Origin: Bacteroidales bacterium
GTDB lineage: Bacteria > Bacteroidota > Bacteroidia > Bacteroidales > VadinHA17
Assembly (NCBI GenBank): GCA_032260385.1
Contig: JAVVEL010000001.1
Coordinates: 67,355-131,354, forward strand
Reading direction: 5' to 3'
DNA length: 64,000 bases
Position 1 is the stretch's first letter. The number at the start of each line of letters is the position of its first letter. The notes beneath the pieces were generated by a model, which made no database searches, had not been told where the DNA came from, and saw only the letters and a list, made by a program, of their open reading frames with translations. Positions 19,248-28,539 of the stretch are shown here, piece by piece. The translations under genes and the position numbers were made by a program.

Positions 19248-20348
19248 ATGAGATATATGTACCTTTTATTTTCAGTATTGATTATTCTTGCAGCGGCCTG
19301 TAAGGGTTCTGTCAGCAATTCAGAAAGCAATGAGCAGGCAGAAGAAAAAAGGACTAAAGTGCTGGCTGCTAACCTTGTGAATTTTGAAGAGCCGGCTGAC
19401 GGTACAAGATACGGCTCAGGAGATGAGATAAACCTGAAGCTCAGTCTCCGGGGGGCAAATATTCCCGACTCTGTAAAGGTCTTTTTTGATGGGGGTCAAC
19501 TGGTAACGCTCCCCCGGGGGGTTCTTGAATATACAATTGACACCGGATCATCGCGCCTGGGTAAGATTCCCCTTAAGATAATGGCCTATAAAGGTGACAG
19601 GAGGCCACAAATACTCACCCATTTTATAACAGTCATTTCTGACATTGAACCTGAACTTTACTCATTCAGGGTGGTAAATACCTACCCCCATGACCTCACA
19701 GCATATACCCAGGGTTTACTGTATCATGAGGGCTTTTTATTTGAGAGCACCGGGGTGGAAGGCAAATCAACCTTAAGAAAGGTAGAGATTGAAACGGGAA
19801 AGGTTCTTCAAAGACGGAATCTTGAAAGTAAATACTTTGCCGAAGGACTGGTTATTCATAACGGCTACCTTTATCAGCTTACCTGGAAGAATAATGTTGG
19901 CTTTGTTTATGATATTCAGAACTTTGAAGAGATTAAAAGAGTTCAGTATACCACCCAGGGCTGGGGTCTTGCAAGTAATGGAGAAGAGCTGATAATGAGT
20001 GATGGCACAAATAAACTGTATTTTCTTGAGCCTGATTATTTTACGGTTTTGTCATCAATAGAGGTATATGACAACAGTAGCCAGGTGTGGAATCTGAACG
20101 AGCTTGAATATATAAACGGCGAGATATGGGCAAATATATATACAACTGATCGTATTGCACGTATAGATCCGGGCACGGGCAAGGTGCTTGCCTATATAGA
20201 TCTCTCCGGCATCCTGCCTCAAAAAGATCGTCATCCGGAACTGGCTGAGCTGAATGGCATAGCATGGGATGGCGAGAATGAGCGCTTATTTGTAACCGGT
20301 AAAAACTGGCCCCGCCTTTTCGAGATTAAAATTGTCAGTCGCCGGTGA
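19248..20348 (+). CDS. Glutaminyl-peptide cyclotransferase (beta-propeller type), lipoprotein
   Basis: Signal peptide plus lipobox (LAAAC). Propeller-type QC patterns are present: YPHD..AYTQGL.Y..G.L.ES.G, GEIWAN.. and NGIAWD. The GTG at 19245 is also possible as a start. Confidence 0.8.
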   Translation: MRYMYLLFSVLIILAAACKGSVSNSESNEQAEEKRTKVLAANLVNFEEPADGTRYGSGDEINLKLSLRGANIPDSVKVFFDGGQLVTLPRGVLEYTIDTGSSRLGKIPLKIMAYKGDRRPQILTHFITVISDIEPELYSFRVVNTYPHDLTAYTQGLLYHEGFLFESTGVEGKSTLRKVEIETGKVLQRRNLESKYFAEGLVIHNGYLYQLTWKNNVGFVYDIQNFEEIKRVQYTTQGWGLASNGEELIMSDGTNKLYFLEPDYFTVLSSIEVYDNSSQVWNLNELEYINGEIWANIYTTDRIARIDPGTGKVLAYIDLSGILPQKDRHPELAELNGIAWDGENERLFVTGKNWPRLFEIKIVSRR

Positions 20349-21285
20349 TGCCTCTCACGATGTTTATTGACCTGGGTATTATGTCAAATTCAATGGGTGA
20401 ATGACCGAGGGATTCCCCGTCGGCTTCAACATGTATAAGTGGATCGGAGTCAATCTTTATTCTCTTACCCGTATACCCTTCAACTTTTGGATGATCAAGA
20501 ATTGTTCCGTTATAAAGTCTTTTAAGACTGCGGATGATTTCGCCCTTACGCATTTTCTTTATCAGGGTGAGCTCAAACAAGCCGTCATCAGCAATGGCCC
20601 CGGGTGTTTGCATCATGCCTCCCCCGGAGAATTTGCCTATGCCAAGACTGATGGAAAAGGTGTCGTTCTGTATCCTTTTCCCGTCTATCTCAATGCTTGT
20701 ACTGGTATGTTTGTATGCAAGCAGGCTCCGTAGCAGGGCCCATAGATAAAGTGTTTTACTGCTGTGCCCCCTTTCTTTTTGCCGGTTCGACCGTTGCACA
20801 ACCAGGGCATCAAATCCCAGGCCTGCAATGTTAACAAAATACCTTTCCCTGACGTCAGTACCGGAATAGAATTTTATTACCCCGGTATCCTGGAGAAATA
20901 TTTCTTCGTTTTTTATTACCCTGATGGCAGCTTCATAATCCATGGGTATATTGAACATCCTTCCCCAGTCATTTCCTGTACCTACCGTAACCATTCCCAG
21001 AATTATATCTGTAGTTGGCACATCTCTCTGGTGGAAGACACCGTTCACAACTTCATTCATTGTGCCGTCGCCTCCGACAACAAGTATTTTCCTGCTTCCT
21101 TTCCTGATAGCATCGGTTGCAAGGTCCATGGCATGGTGCTTGGCTTCAGTGAAGACATGACTAAAGGGGATTTCATAACGATTTATAAGATCTGATATGA
21201 TACTCCAATCCTTCTTTCCTTTTTTCTTCCCTGCATTGGGATTGACAATTATATGCCATTCCCTCTTTTTTTCGGGTTTGCCCAT
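20335..21285 (-). CDS. Diacylglycerol/lipid kinase family protein (YegS/BmrU-like)
   Basis: GGDGTMNEV motif and the overall DAGK catalytic-domain pattern in 316 aa. Confidence 0.8.
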   Translation of the reverse strand: MGKPEKKREWHIIVNPNAGKKKGKKDWSIISDLINRYEIPFSHVFTEAKHHAMDLATDAIRKGSRKILVVGGDGTMNEVVNGVFHQRDVPTTDIILGMVTVGTGNDWGRMFNIPMDYEAAIRVIKNEEIFLQDTGVIKFYSGTDVRERYFVNIAGLGFDALVVQRSNRQKERGHSSKTLYLWALLRSLLAYKHTSTSIEIDGKRIQNDTFSISLGIGKFSGGGMMQTPGAIADDGLFELTLIKKMRKGEIIRSLKRLYNGTILDHPKVEGYTGKRIKIDSDPLIHVEADGESLGHSPIEFDIIPRSINIVRGITGD

Positions 21286-21443
21286 AATAATTAAATTGGG
21301 ATGCTGTAAAGATGCTAAAAAATATCTAATCGAAACAGTTAACCTGTTTTAACCATTAAAACATGTTAATAAAGTGTTGAAAAGCGTAATTGAAATGTTT
21401 ACAATTACATCGTTAATCAAGGATTTACGGGAAGCATAAATAT

Positions 21444-21451
21444 TAATTTTG
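21444..21451 (+). promoter_or_regulatory. Candidate -7 box (TAATTTTG) upstream of parA; the -33 element is weak (TTTA)
   Basis: Motif match 41 nt upstream of the parA ATG. Confidence 0.3.
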
Positions 21452-21492
21452 AAATTCCCAAAAAGACATAACTAAATCAAATAAAGAAGCAG

Positions 21493-22284
21493 ATGGCGAG
21501 GATTATTTCATTGGCAAATCAGAAGGGTGGAGTGGGCAAAACAACAACGGCAATAAATCTTGCTGCCAGCCTGGCAGCGCTTGACAGGAAGGTGCTGGTG
21601 GTGGATTTTGATCCACAGGCTAATTCCACTTCAGGCTTTGGTATTGATAACCGGAAAGTTGAAACAACAATATATGATTGTATCATCAATGATGCGGATC
21701 CTGAAAGTGCAATTACAGCTACCGAAATTAATAATTTGGAAATCATACCTTCCAATATCGACCTGGTTGGCGCAGAAATAGAAATGCTGAACAGGGAAAA
21801 AAGAGAAAGTATTCTGAAGAATGTTTTAAAAGCCATACCTGACAGGTATGATTATATGTTAGTGGACTGCTCTCCCTCACTAGGATTGCTTACGGTGAAT
21901 GCACTTACGGCTTCCGATTCAGTTATCGTGCCCGTCCAGTGTGAATATTTTGCTCTTGAAGGCCTGGGTAAATTACTTAATACCATTAAGATAATACAGA
22001 AAAACCTTAACAGGGAATTGCTAATTGAAGGTTTCCTCCTGACCATGTATGATTCAAGGCTGAGGCTCTCAAACCAGGTGGTTGAAGAGGTACGAAAACA
22101 TTTTCAGCAAATGGTATTTGAAACAATCATACAGCGTAATGTGAAACTCAGTGAAGCTCCCAGTTACGGGCAGCCCGCTATTCTATACGATGCTGAATCA
22201 AGGGGTGCTGTTAATTATCTTAACCTCGCACAGGAATTAATAGACAGGGGTAAAAACGGGACGGAGAGAAATATTGACTACTAG
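21493..22284 (+). CDS. parA: Chromosome partitioning ATPase ParA/Soj
   Basis: Deviant Walker A NQKGGVGKTTTAINLA, in 263 aa and followed by parB. Confidence 0.93.
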   Translation: MARIISLANQKGGVGKTTTAINLAASLAALDRKVLVVDFDPQANSTSGFGIDNRKVETTIYDCIINDADPESAITATEINNLEIIPSNIDLVGAEIEMLNREKRESILKNVLKAIPDRYDYMLVDCSPSLGLLTVNALTASDSVIVPVQCEYFALEGLGKLLNTIKIIQKNLNRELLIEGFLLTMYDSRLRLSNQVVEEVRKHFQQMVFETIIQRNVKLSEAPSYGQPAILYDAESRGAVNYLNLAQELIDRGKNGTERNIDY

Positions 22285-22310
22285 AAGGTGCTAACAATAC
22301 AGATAGTGTT

Positions 22311-23192
22311 ATGGTAAAGAAACAAGCGTTGGGAAGAGGTCTTGGTGCATTAATGGATGATGCTGAAAGGGAGAAACTGGAGCAAAAGGTAGAAGCGAAT
22401 CTCGAAATCAATATCGAGGATATTGAACTCAATCCTTTTCAGCCACGAACACGATTTGATGAACAGTTACTTGAAGAGCTGGCTTCATCCATTCGTAAAC
22501 TGGGAATTGTACAGCCTCTTACCGTCAGGGAAACAGGTGATAACAAATACCAGCTTATTGCCGGTGAAAGGCGATTAAAAGCAGCACTCCTGGCAGGACT
22601 TAAATCAGTGCCTGCCTATATACGTACCGCTGATGACCAGGCAATGCTTGAACTGGCACTGGTTGAAAATATACAGAGAGAAGACCTCGATGCCATTGAA
22701 ATTGCAATAAGTTATCAGAGACTTATAGAGGAGTGTAAGCTTACACAGGAACAACTTAGCGAAAGAGTGGGGAAACAAAGATCAACTGTTGCCAATTACC
22801 TGCGATTGCTTAAACTGCCTGCAGAAATACAGCTGGGAATAAAAAATAAACAGCTTACAATGGGCCATGCCCGCACACTGATAAACATTGAGGATGCCAA
22901 ACAGCAAATAAAAGTGTACTACAGGATAATCGATGATGACCTTTCTGTCCGGAAAACTGAAGAACTGGTTCGTAAACTACAGATGACAAAGCTGAAGGAC
23001 CCTGAAAAAAACCAGAAGAAAAAACAACTGAACAAAGATTTCCAGGACCTGTCCGGACACCTTTCCAAAATATTCAAGTCTGATGTCCAGTTCAGAATAA
23101 ATGAAAAGGGGAAGGGTAAGATTGTTATCCAGTTTGATAATACCGAACAAATGGAGAGGATTTTAGAGGTATTGGATAAACTTAACTCCTAA
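22311..23192 (+). CDS. parB: Chromosome partitioning protein ParB/Spo0J
   Basis: The ParB box (NPFQPR, IAGERR), HTH region and C-terminal dimerisation region are present in 293 aa. Confidence 0.93.
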   Translation: MVKKQALGRGLGALMDDAEREKLEQKVEANLEINIEDIELNPFQPRTRFDEQLLEELASSIRKLGIVQPLTVRETGDNKYQLIAGERRLKAALLAGLKSVPAYIRTADDQAMLELALVENIQREDLDAIEIAISYQRLIEECKLTQEQLSERVGKQRSTVANYLRLLKLPAEIQLGIKNKQLTMGHARTLINIEDAKQQIKVYYRIIDDDLSVRKTEELVRKLQMTKLKDPEKNQKKKQLNKDFQDLSGHLSKIFKSDVQFRINEKGKGKIVIQFDNTEQMERILEVLDKLNS

Positions 23193-23271
23193 AATTATAT
23201 CTTTGCCTTATTGTCATATGCGTGAGTTAATCCATGCCCCCGGTTTAAATTTAGAGTGACAAAAAAAGGTA

Positions 23272-23925
23272 TTGATATTGAAAATAATTAAACTGAGCAT
23301 ATTACTCATTATACTGGCAATAAATGCCTGTGCCCAGGTCATTATAACAGAAAGAGATACAAGCGCCACGGATCGTGAACAGAAAGAGCAGGTAGTTTCT
23401 TTAAGGAGAGAAATATCACCGGTGAAAGCTACTATGATGGCAGCTGCCTTGCCCGGACTGGGCCAGGTGTATAACAGGAAATACTGGAAAATACCTCTCG
23501 TTTATGCTGGCTTTGGAGCACTGGGTTACAGCATAATACGAAATTCACAAAATTTTGACGCTTATCTCGGAGCCTACCAGGACATAACAGATGAAATACC
23601 CGAAACCAGGAGTTATGAGACATATACTCCTTCCTTTGATTCCGGGGAGATAGATCCCGCACTGGGAGCAGATAACTATAACCCCCAGACTCATAGCTGG
23701 GTAAAAGACCAGATGCTTAATGCTATATCTTATTACAGGAGATACCGTGATTTATCCTATATTGGTGTCGGTTTCTGGTATATCTTATCAATACTGGACG
23801 CAAATGTTGATGCTGTGATGTCAGACTGGGAAATTAACCCTGAATTAAGCCTTAGTGTTAATCCCGTAGCTATTGGGACAGTTTATGGCCCGACAATGGG
23901 TCTGGGAGTAAAAGTAACTTTTTAA
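23272..23925 (+). CDS. DUF5683 domain protein
   Basis: Signal peptide followed by the AALPGLGQVYNRKYWKIPLVYAGFG motif characteristic of DUF5683. The start is a TTG and is uncertain. Confidence 0.65.
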   Translation: MILKIIKLSILLIILAINACAQVIITERDTSATDREQKEQVVSLRREISPVKATMMAAALPGLGQVYNRKYWKIPLVYAGFGALGYSIIRNSQNFDAYLGAYQDITDEIPETRSYETYTPSFDSGEIDPALGADNYNPQTHSWVKDQMLNAISYYRRYRDLSYIGVGFWYILSILDANVDAVMSDWEINPELSLSVNPVAIGTVYGPTMGLGVKVTF

Positions 23926-23935
23926 TGATTTAGCC

Positions 23936-25459
23936 ATGCGAAGAACATTGATTTTAATAGTAGGAATAATAATTAGTAATATTACTGTCTCGCAAGTAAA
24001 TGATACAATCATTGCCGCATCCGACAGCGAATTTATTGTAAGACAACTCGACAGCCTCACCCATATATGGTTTCTTGAGAGAATGGTCCCCCTTGAGGAT
24101 AACTTTGATGAGGATGCCCTTTCTCTTGTGGAATTTCCTGATTCAGTCTACAGGGAGCGGCTCCATAATATCCATTCGGTGGTGAACCTTCCGTATAACA
24201 GTGTTGTGAAAAATCATATTCATGTATATACAGGGAAGAAGAGAAGTAATTTTGAAATAATGCTGGGGATGAGGGAATACTATTTCCCAATGATAGAGGA
24301 TATTTTTGATTCTTATGGACTGCCTGCCGAATTAAAATATATGGCAGTAATCGAATCTGCCCTTAACCCGAATGCTGTCTCAAGGGTAGGAGCCACCGGT
24401 TTATGGCAATTCATGTACAGCACCGGAAGAGCCTACGGCCTGACAATAAATTCAGTGGTCGATGAAAGAAGGGATCCCGTGAAATCAACTCATGCAGCAG
24501 CCAGATATCTCAAGGACCTCTATGATATTTACAATGACTGGGGACTGGTAATTGCCGCTTATAACTGCGGCCCTGGAAATGTAAACAAGGCAATACGAAG
24601 ATCAGGCAACAAAAAAGATTACTGGGAGATATATTACAGGCTGCCGAGAGAGACAAGAGGCTATCTGCCCGGATATATAGCCGCTACCTATGCAATGCAT
24701 TATTACAGGGAACATAATATTAAACCGAAAAAGGTAAATTTCCCCCTGGCAACAGATACAGTTATGGTAACACAGGATATTCACCTGGAACAGCTGTCAG
24801 AAGTGATGAACATTCCCCTGGCAGAGGTAAAGGCGCTGAATCCCCAGTACCGGACACTGTTAGTGCCCGGGAGGAGCAAAGCCATGGCAATAAGCCTGCC
24901 CATAGAATACCTTGGCGACTTTATCTCTCTTCAGGATTCTGTAGCTGCGTACCGGGCCGATCATTATTTTAACCCGGAACTAAAAAACGCCAGCCCTACA
25001 CAATCAGCATATATACCACCTAGCATCAATGGAAAAACAAAACTGACTTACACCGTTAAGGAAGGTGATAATCTTGGTTATATTGCAAGCTGGTATAATG
25101 TTGGAGTATCTGACCTGAGATACTGGAATAATATTTACCGTAGTCTTATCCGTATTAACCAGAAACTTGCAGTATATGTAAACCCTTCTGAAAAAGACTA
25201 TTATTCAGTTGTTGATAATCTGAGCTTTGCCGAAAAGCAGGCCAGGATTGGAAAAAATGTCATTGTTCAAAAACCAGCAGATGAGGAAGCTGTTGATGAT
25301 GATTACGTTTACCACACGGTGAGATATGGAGACACTGTCTGGGATATAGCAAAAAAATATTCTGGAGTCAGTACTACCGATATTCTCAACCTGAATGGAC
25401 TGAGCCGGTCAGGTAAAATTCATGTAGGGCAAAAACTGAAAATTAAGAAGAACAGCTAA
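23936..25459 (+). CDS. Membrane-bound lytic murein transglycosylase D-like protein with LysM domains
   Basis: SLT catalytic region (MAVIESALNPNAVSRVGATGLWQFM...AYNCGPGNV) and two or more C-terminal LysM repeats (YTVKEGDNLGYIA..., HTVRYGDTVWDIAKKY...). Confidence 0.88.
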   Translation: MRRTLILIVGIIISNITVSQVNDTIIAASDSEFIVRQLDSLTHIWFLERMVPLEDNFDEDALSLVEFPDSVYRERLHNIHSVVNLPYNSVVKNHIHVYTGKKRSNFEIMLGMREYYFPMIEDIFDSYGLPAELKYMAVIESALNPNAVSRVGATGLWQFMYSTGRAYGLTINSVVDERRDPVKSTHAAARYLKDLYDIYNDWGLVIAAYNCGPGNVNKAIRRSGNKKDYWEIYYRLPRETRGYLPGYIAATYAMHYYREHNIKPKKVNFPLATDTVMVTQDIHLEQLSEVMNIPLAEVKALNPQYRTLLVPGRSKAMAISLPIEYLGDFISLQDSVAAYRADHYFNPELKNASPTQSAYIPPSINGKTKLTYTVKEGDNLGYIASWYNVGVSDLRYWNNIYRSLIRINQKLAVYVNPSEKDYYSVVDNLSFAEKQARIGKNVIVQKPADEEAVDDDYVYHTVRYGDTVWDIAKKYSGVSTTDILNLNGLSRSGKIHVGQKLKIKKNS

Positions 25460-25491
25460 CAGATCTTTTATGAGCTCATAATACCCAGGCT

Positions 25492-28400
25492 ATGCGTCCA
25501 TACAAGACCTTACTTATTTTCCTGGTCTTAATGCTTCTCCTTTACGGGCCGGCATTTTTTATCAGGAGCCCGGTTAAGATAGCACCCGGCATCTCTGTCA
25601 GGTGGCCTGCTATCAATATGGCTTTTATGAGCAGTGATAAGCCAGGGAAAGACAGCCTGAATACGATTTCAACTATCGATACCCTCGCCGGCAACCTTGC
25701 TCCTGCAGATACCGCCTCCCCGGCTGCAGATGCCGCCTCCCCGGCTGCAGATGTCGCCTCCCCGGCTGCAGAAATAGCTGGAGGCTTTCTTTTTGATTTT
25801 TCTGATTCACGGCAGCTCACCCTTTCATTAAACAGCATGATTAGAAAGGATGCTGGGCAGTTGAGGTTGATGTATTATGGCGATTCTCAACTTGAGGGAG
25901 ACAGAATTACCTGCCGTCTGCGTGAACAATTAAGGAGAATAAGTCCGGGCAGCGGACCGGGCTTGCTGAGCATAAGCCCGCTGGTGCCTTACACAAGGAC
26001 ATCACACATCAGGTCTTCATCTAACTGGGAAGACTATGATTATCTTGATTACCGGAACGGAATAATAAATCATCAGAAACTGGGACCACTGATGAGTATC
26101 AGCAGGTTTACAGGACCAGGCAAAGGGGGAGAGACGCCTGAAACAGCCTGGTTCAGTGTTGAGCCTTCCATGTTCTCGGATTCATTATCAGCTAAGTATG
26201 ATATGTTCAGGTTATTCTATGGTCACCTGGAAGATACCATGAAGATCGAAGTCTATACAGGTGAAGGTTTAATCCGGATGGATACCCTGATGCCATCAGT
26301 AAGGGAAAGGGAATATTCGGTTTATCTTGGATCATCTTCCTATCTGAGGATTGTTTTTGAAGCTAAATCAAGCCCCGACTTTTATGGATTCAGCATCGAA
26401 AGTGAAGAGGGTGTTGTAGTTGATAATATACCCAGAAGAGGAAGTGCAGGCTTTGAGTACACAATGATTTCCAGGGATAATCTTGCAGGCTTATACAGTA
26501 TGATAAAACCGGATATCCTGGTAATGCATTACGGTCTTAACGTTGTTTTGAGTGTAAGATCAAGCTATAAATATTATGAAGAAGGCATATACCAGCAGCT
26601 GCTAAGGTTAAGGGAGGTGTGCCCGGGAGCAATCATTATCCTTGTCGGACTTACCGACATTGCCCATAAGGTTGACGGTGAGTTTCAATCATATGAAAAT
26701 ATTCCCCGGATAAGGGATGCTCAAAAAAAAGCCGCTGAAAGGGCAGGAATATTATTCTGGGATTCATGGCAGGCCATGGGTGGGAAAAATTCAATAATTA
26801 AATGGAGCAGGAAAGTGCCGGCCCTTGCATCTGATGATTTCTCTCATCTTACCTATGAAGGTGGTGATACCCTTGCAGATTTAATGCTCAGGGATATTAT
26901 TGCCATCGGGAGCACACAACAACAGGAAGCTGCCGAAACTGTAATGATTCATACGTCTGTAAATACCGAAAGCACGGCTGAAAAATCAGACGATGAAGAA
27001 AATCTCCGTGATGCTGCCGGACAGAAGTTTCTTGACATGATTTCATATGACCGGGGCAAACCCTTACTGTTCTCAAGAGCCTCATTCTGGGTCTTCCTGT
27101 TCATAGCCATACTGTTCTATAGCCTCTTATTCACCAGACCCTTACTCAGAAACACTTATCTTTTCCTTTTCAGCCTGTTTTTCTATTACAAGTCAGGAGG
27201 TGTTTTCTTCTTCCTCCTGATAATATCAACCCTGACAGATTATCTCGCGGGGCTCATGATCTATAAGGCAAGGAAAAAATCAGTGAAGAAATTATTCGTT
27301 TTTTTAAGCCTGCTGGTTAATCTTGGGATGCTGTCATATTTTAAATATACTGGTTTTTTCACGGGCATCTTTAATAATATCTTTAATACTGACCTGCCGG
27401 TAATTGATTGGTTTGCTGCCCTTTCAAACTTCTACCTCGGGACGGGCTTCAATATTGATGCTATCTTGCTGCCGATTGGAATATCCTTCTTTACCTTCCA
27501 GACCATAAGCTATACCCTCGATGTATACAGGGAAAAGACTGAGCCTGTGAGGAACATACTTGATTTCGGCTTTTATGTTTCTTTCTTCCCTCAGCTGGTT
27601 GCAGGACCAATAGTGAGGGCTTCTGAATTTGTCCCCCAGCTTTATGCACCCTTCAGCCTGTCTAAAAGAGAGTGGGGTCATGCCCTCTTCCTTATTGCGG
27701 GGGGGCTGATAAAAAAGGTTGTTATATCTGATTTCATTTCCGTGAATTTCGTTGACAGGGTTTTCGATACACCTTTAATGTATTCAGGACTGGAGAACCT
27801 TATGGCGGTTTATGGTTATGGTCTGCAGATTTACTGTGACTTTTCAGGGTATACAGACATAGCCATCGGTATAGCATTAATGCTTGGTTACAGGTTACCG
27901 GTCAACTTTAATTCACCTTACAAGGCATATAATTTGACTGATTTCTGGCGAAGATGGCACATATCACTCTCGCGGTGGCTCCGTGATTATTTATATATCT
28001 CTATCGGAGGTAACAGGAAGGGTCGTTTCAGAACCATTGTGAATTTAATGGTCACAATGTTGCTTGGAGGCCTTTGGCACGGTGCGGCATGGAGGTTCGT
28101 GTTCTGGGGCGGACTGCATGGCCTGGGCCTGGTGGTCAATAAGTTATGGATGAATGTTTTTCCACGCAGAAGGGGGCCGGGCAGGGTCAAGAGATTTATA
28201 GCTGTTTTTATCACTTTTAATTTTGTAAGTTTCTGCTGGATTTTTTTCAGGGCTTCTGATATGAAGGGCGTCGTGATAATGCTCAGACAGATATTTACGG
28301 CTTTCAGTCCGGGTAGCCTGGTCAATGTTTTTACTGCTTACAGCCAGGTGATAATAATAATTGCCTGTGGTTATATTCTTCATTTTATGCCGGTAAAGGT

Positions 28401-28533
28401 GAAAGAATCATACAGAGGACTCTTCATCAGGCTTCCGCTGGCAGTAAAGATTATTCTTGTGTATCTCGTGGCCCTGGTTCTGTATAATGTGCAATCAGCA
28501 GACATACAGCCATTTATCTACTTCAGATTCTGA
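25492..28533 (+). CDS. Fusion protein: N-terminal SGNH/GDSL-like hydrolase domain plus C-terminal MBOAT (AlgI/PatA-like) O-acyltransferase
   Basis: SGNH blocks are present: GDSQLEG (block I), HYGLNVV (block III-like) and DDFSHLT (DxxH). The MBOAT region contains FWRRWHISLSRWLRDYLYISIGGNRKG and GGLWHGAAW (catalytic His). Total length is 1013 aa. Confidence 0.8.
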   Translation: MRPYKTLLIFLVLMLLLYGPAFFIRSPVKIAPGISVRWPAINMAFMSSDKPGKDSLNTISTIDTLAGNLAPADTASPAADAASPAADVASPAAEIAGGFLFDFSDSRQLTLSLNSMIRKDAGQLRLMYYGDSQLEGDRITCRLREQLRRISPGSGPGLLSISPLVPYTRTSHIRSSSNWEDYDYLDYRNGIINHQKLGPLMSISRFTGPGKGGETPETAWFSVEPSMFSDSLSAKYDMFRLFYGHLEDTMKIEVYTGEGLIRMDTLMPSVREREYSVYLGSSSYLRIVFEAKSSPDFYGFSIESEEGVVVDNIPRRGSAGFEYTMISRDNLAGLYSMIKPDILVMHYGLNVVLSVRSSYKYYEEGIYQQLLRLREVCPGAIIILVGLTDIAHKVDGEFQSYENIPRIRDAQKKAAERAGILFWDSWQAMGGKNSIIKWSRKVPALASDDFSHLTYEGGDTLADLMLRDIIAIGSTQQQEAAETVMIHTSVNTESTAEKSDDEENLRDAAGQKFLDMISYDRGKPLLFSRASFWVFLFIAILFYSLLFTRPLLRNTYLFLFSLFFYYKSGGVFFFLLIISTLTDYLAGLMIYKARKKSVKKLFVFLSLLVNLGMLSYFKYTGFFTGIFNNIFNTDLPVIDWFAALSNFYLGTGFNIDAILLPIGISFFTFQTISYTLDVYREKTEPVRNILDFGFYVSFFPQLVAGPIVRASEFVPQLYAPFSLSKREWGHALFLIAGGLIKKVVISDFISVNFVDRVFDTPLMYSGLENLMAVYGYGLQIYCDFSGYTDIAIGIALMLGYRLPVNFNSPYKAYNLTDFWRRWHISLSRWLRDYLYISIGGNRKGRFRTIVNLMVTMLLGGLWHGAAWRFVFWGGLHGLGLVVNKLWMNVFPRRRGPGRVKRFIAVFITFNFVSFCWIFFRASDMKGVVIMLRQIFTAFSPGSLVNVFTAYSQVIIIIACGYILHFMPVKVKESYRGLFIRLPLAVKIILVYLVALVLYNVQSADIQPFIYFRF
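25705..25772 (+). repeat. In-frame 21-bp tandem repeat x3.2 encoding (A)DxASPA units in the linker after the N-terminal TM segment
   Basis: gcagataccgcctccccggct / gcagatgccgcctccccggct / gcagatgtcgcctccccggct / gcaga. The copies differ only at 1-2 positions. Confidence 0.9.
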
Positions 28534-28539
28534 TGTTTG

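Noticed and set aside
21286-23192. Search for parS sites and DnaA-box clusters (possible oriC) around parAB
   Set aside because: I found no 16-bp parS-like palindrome. Only isolated near-matches to TTATCCACA occur elsewhere (e.g. TGTGGATAC near 7243). No dnaA gene or AT-rich unwinding element is present, so there is no support for an origin here.
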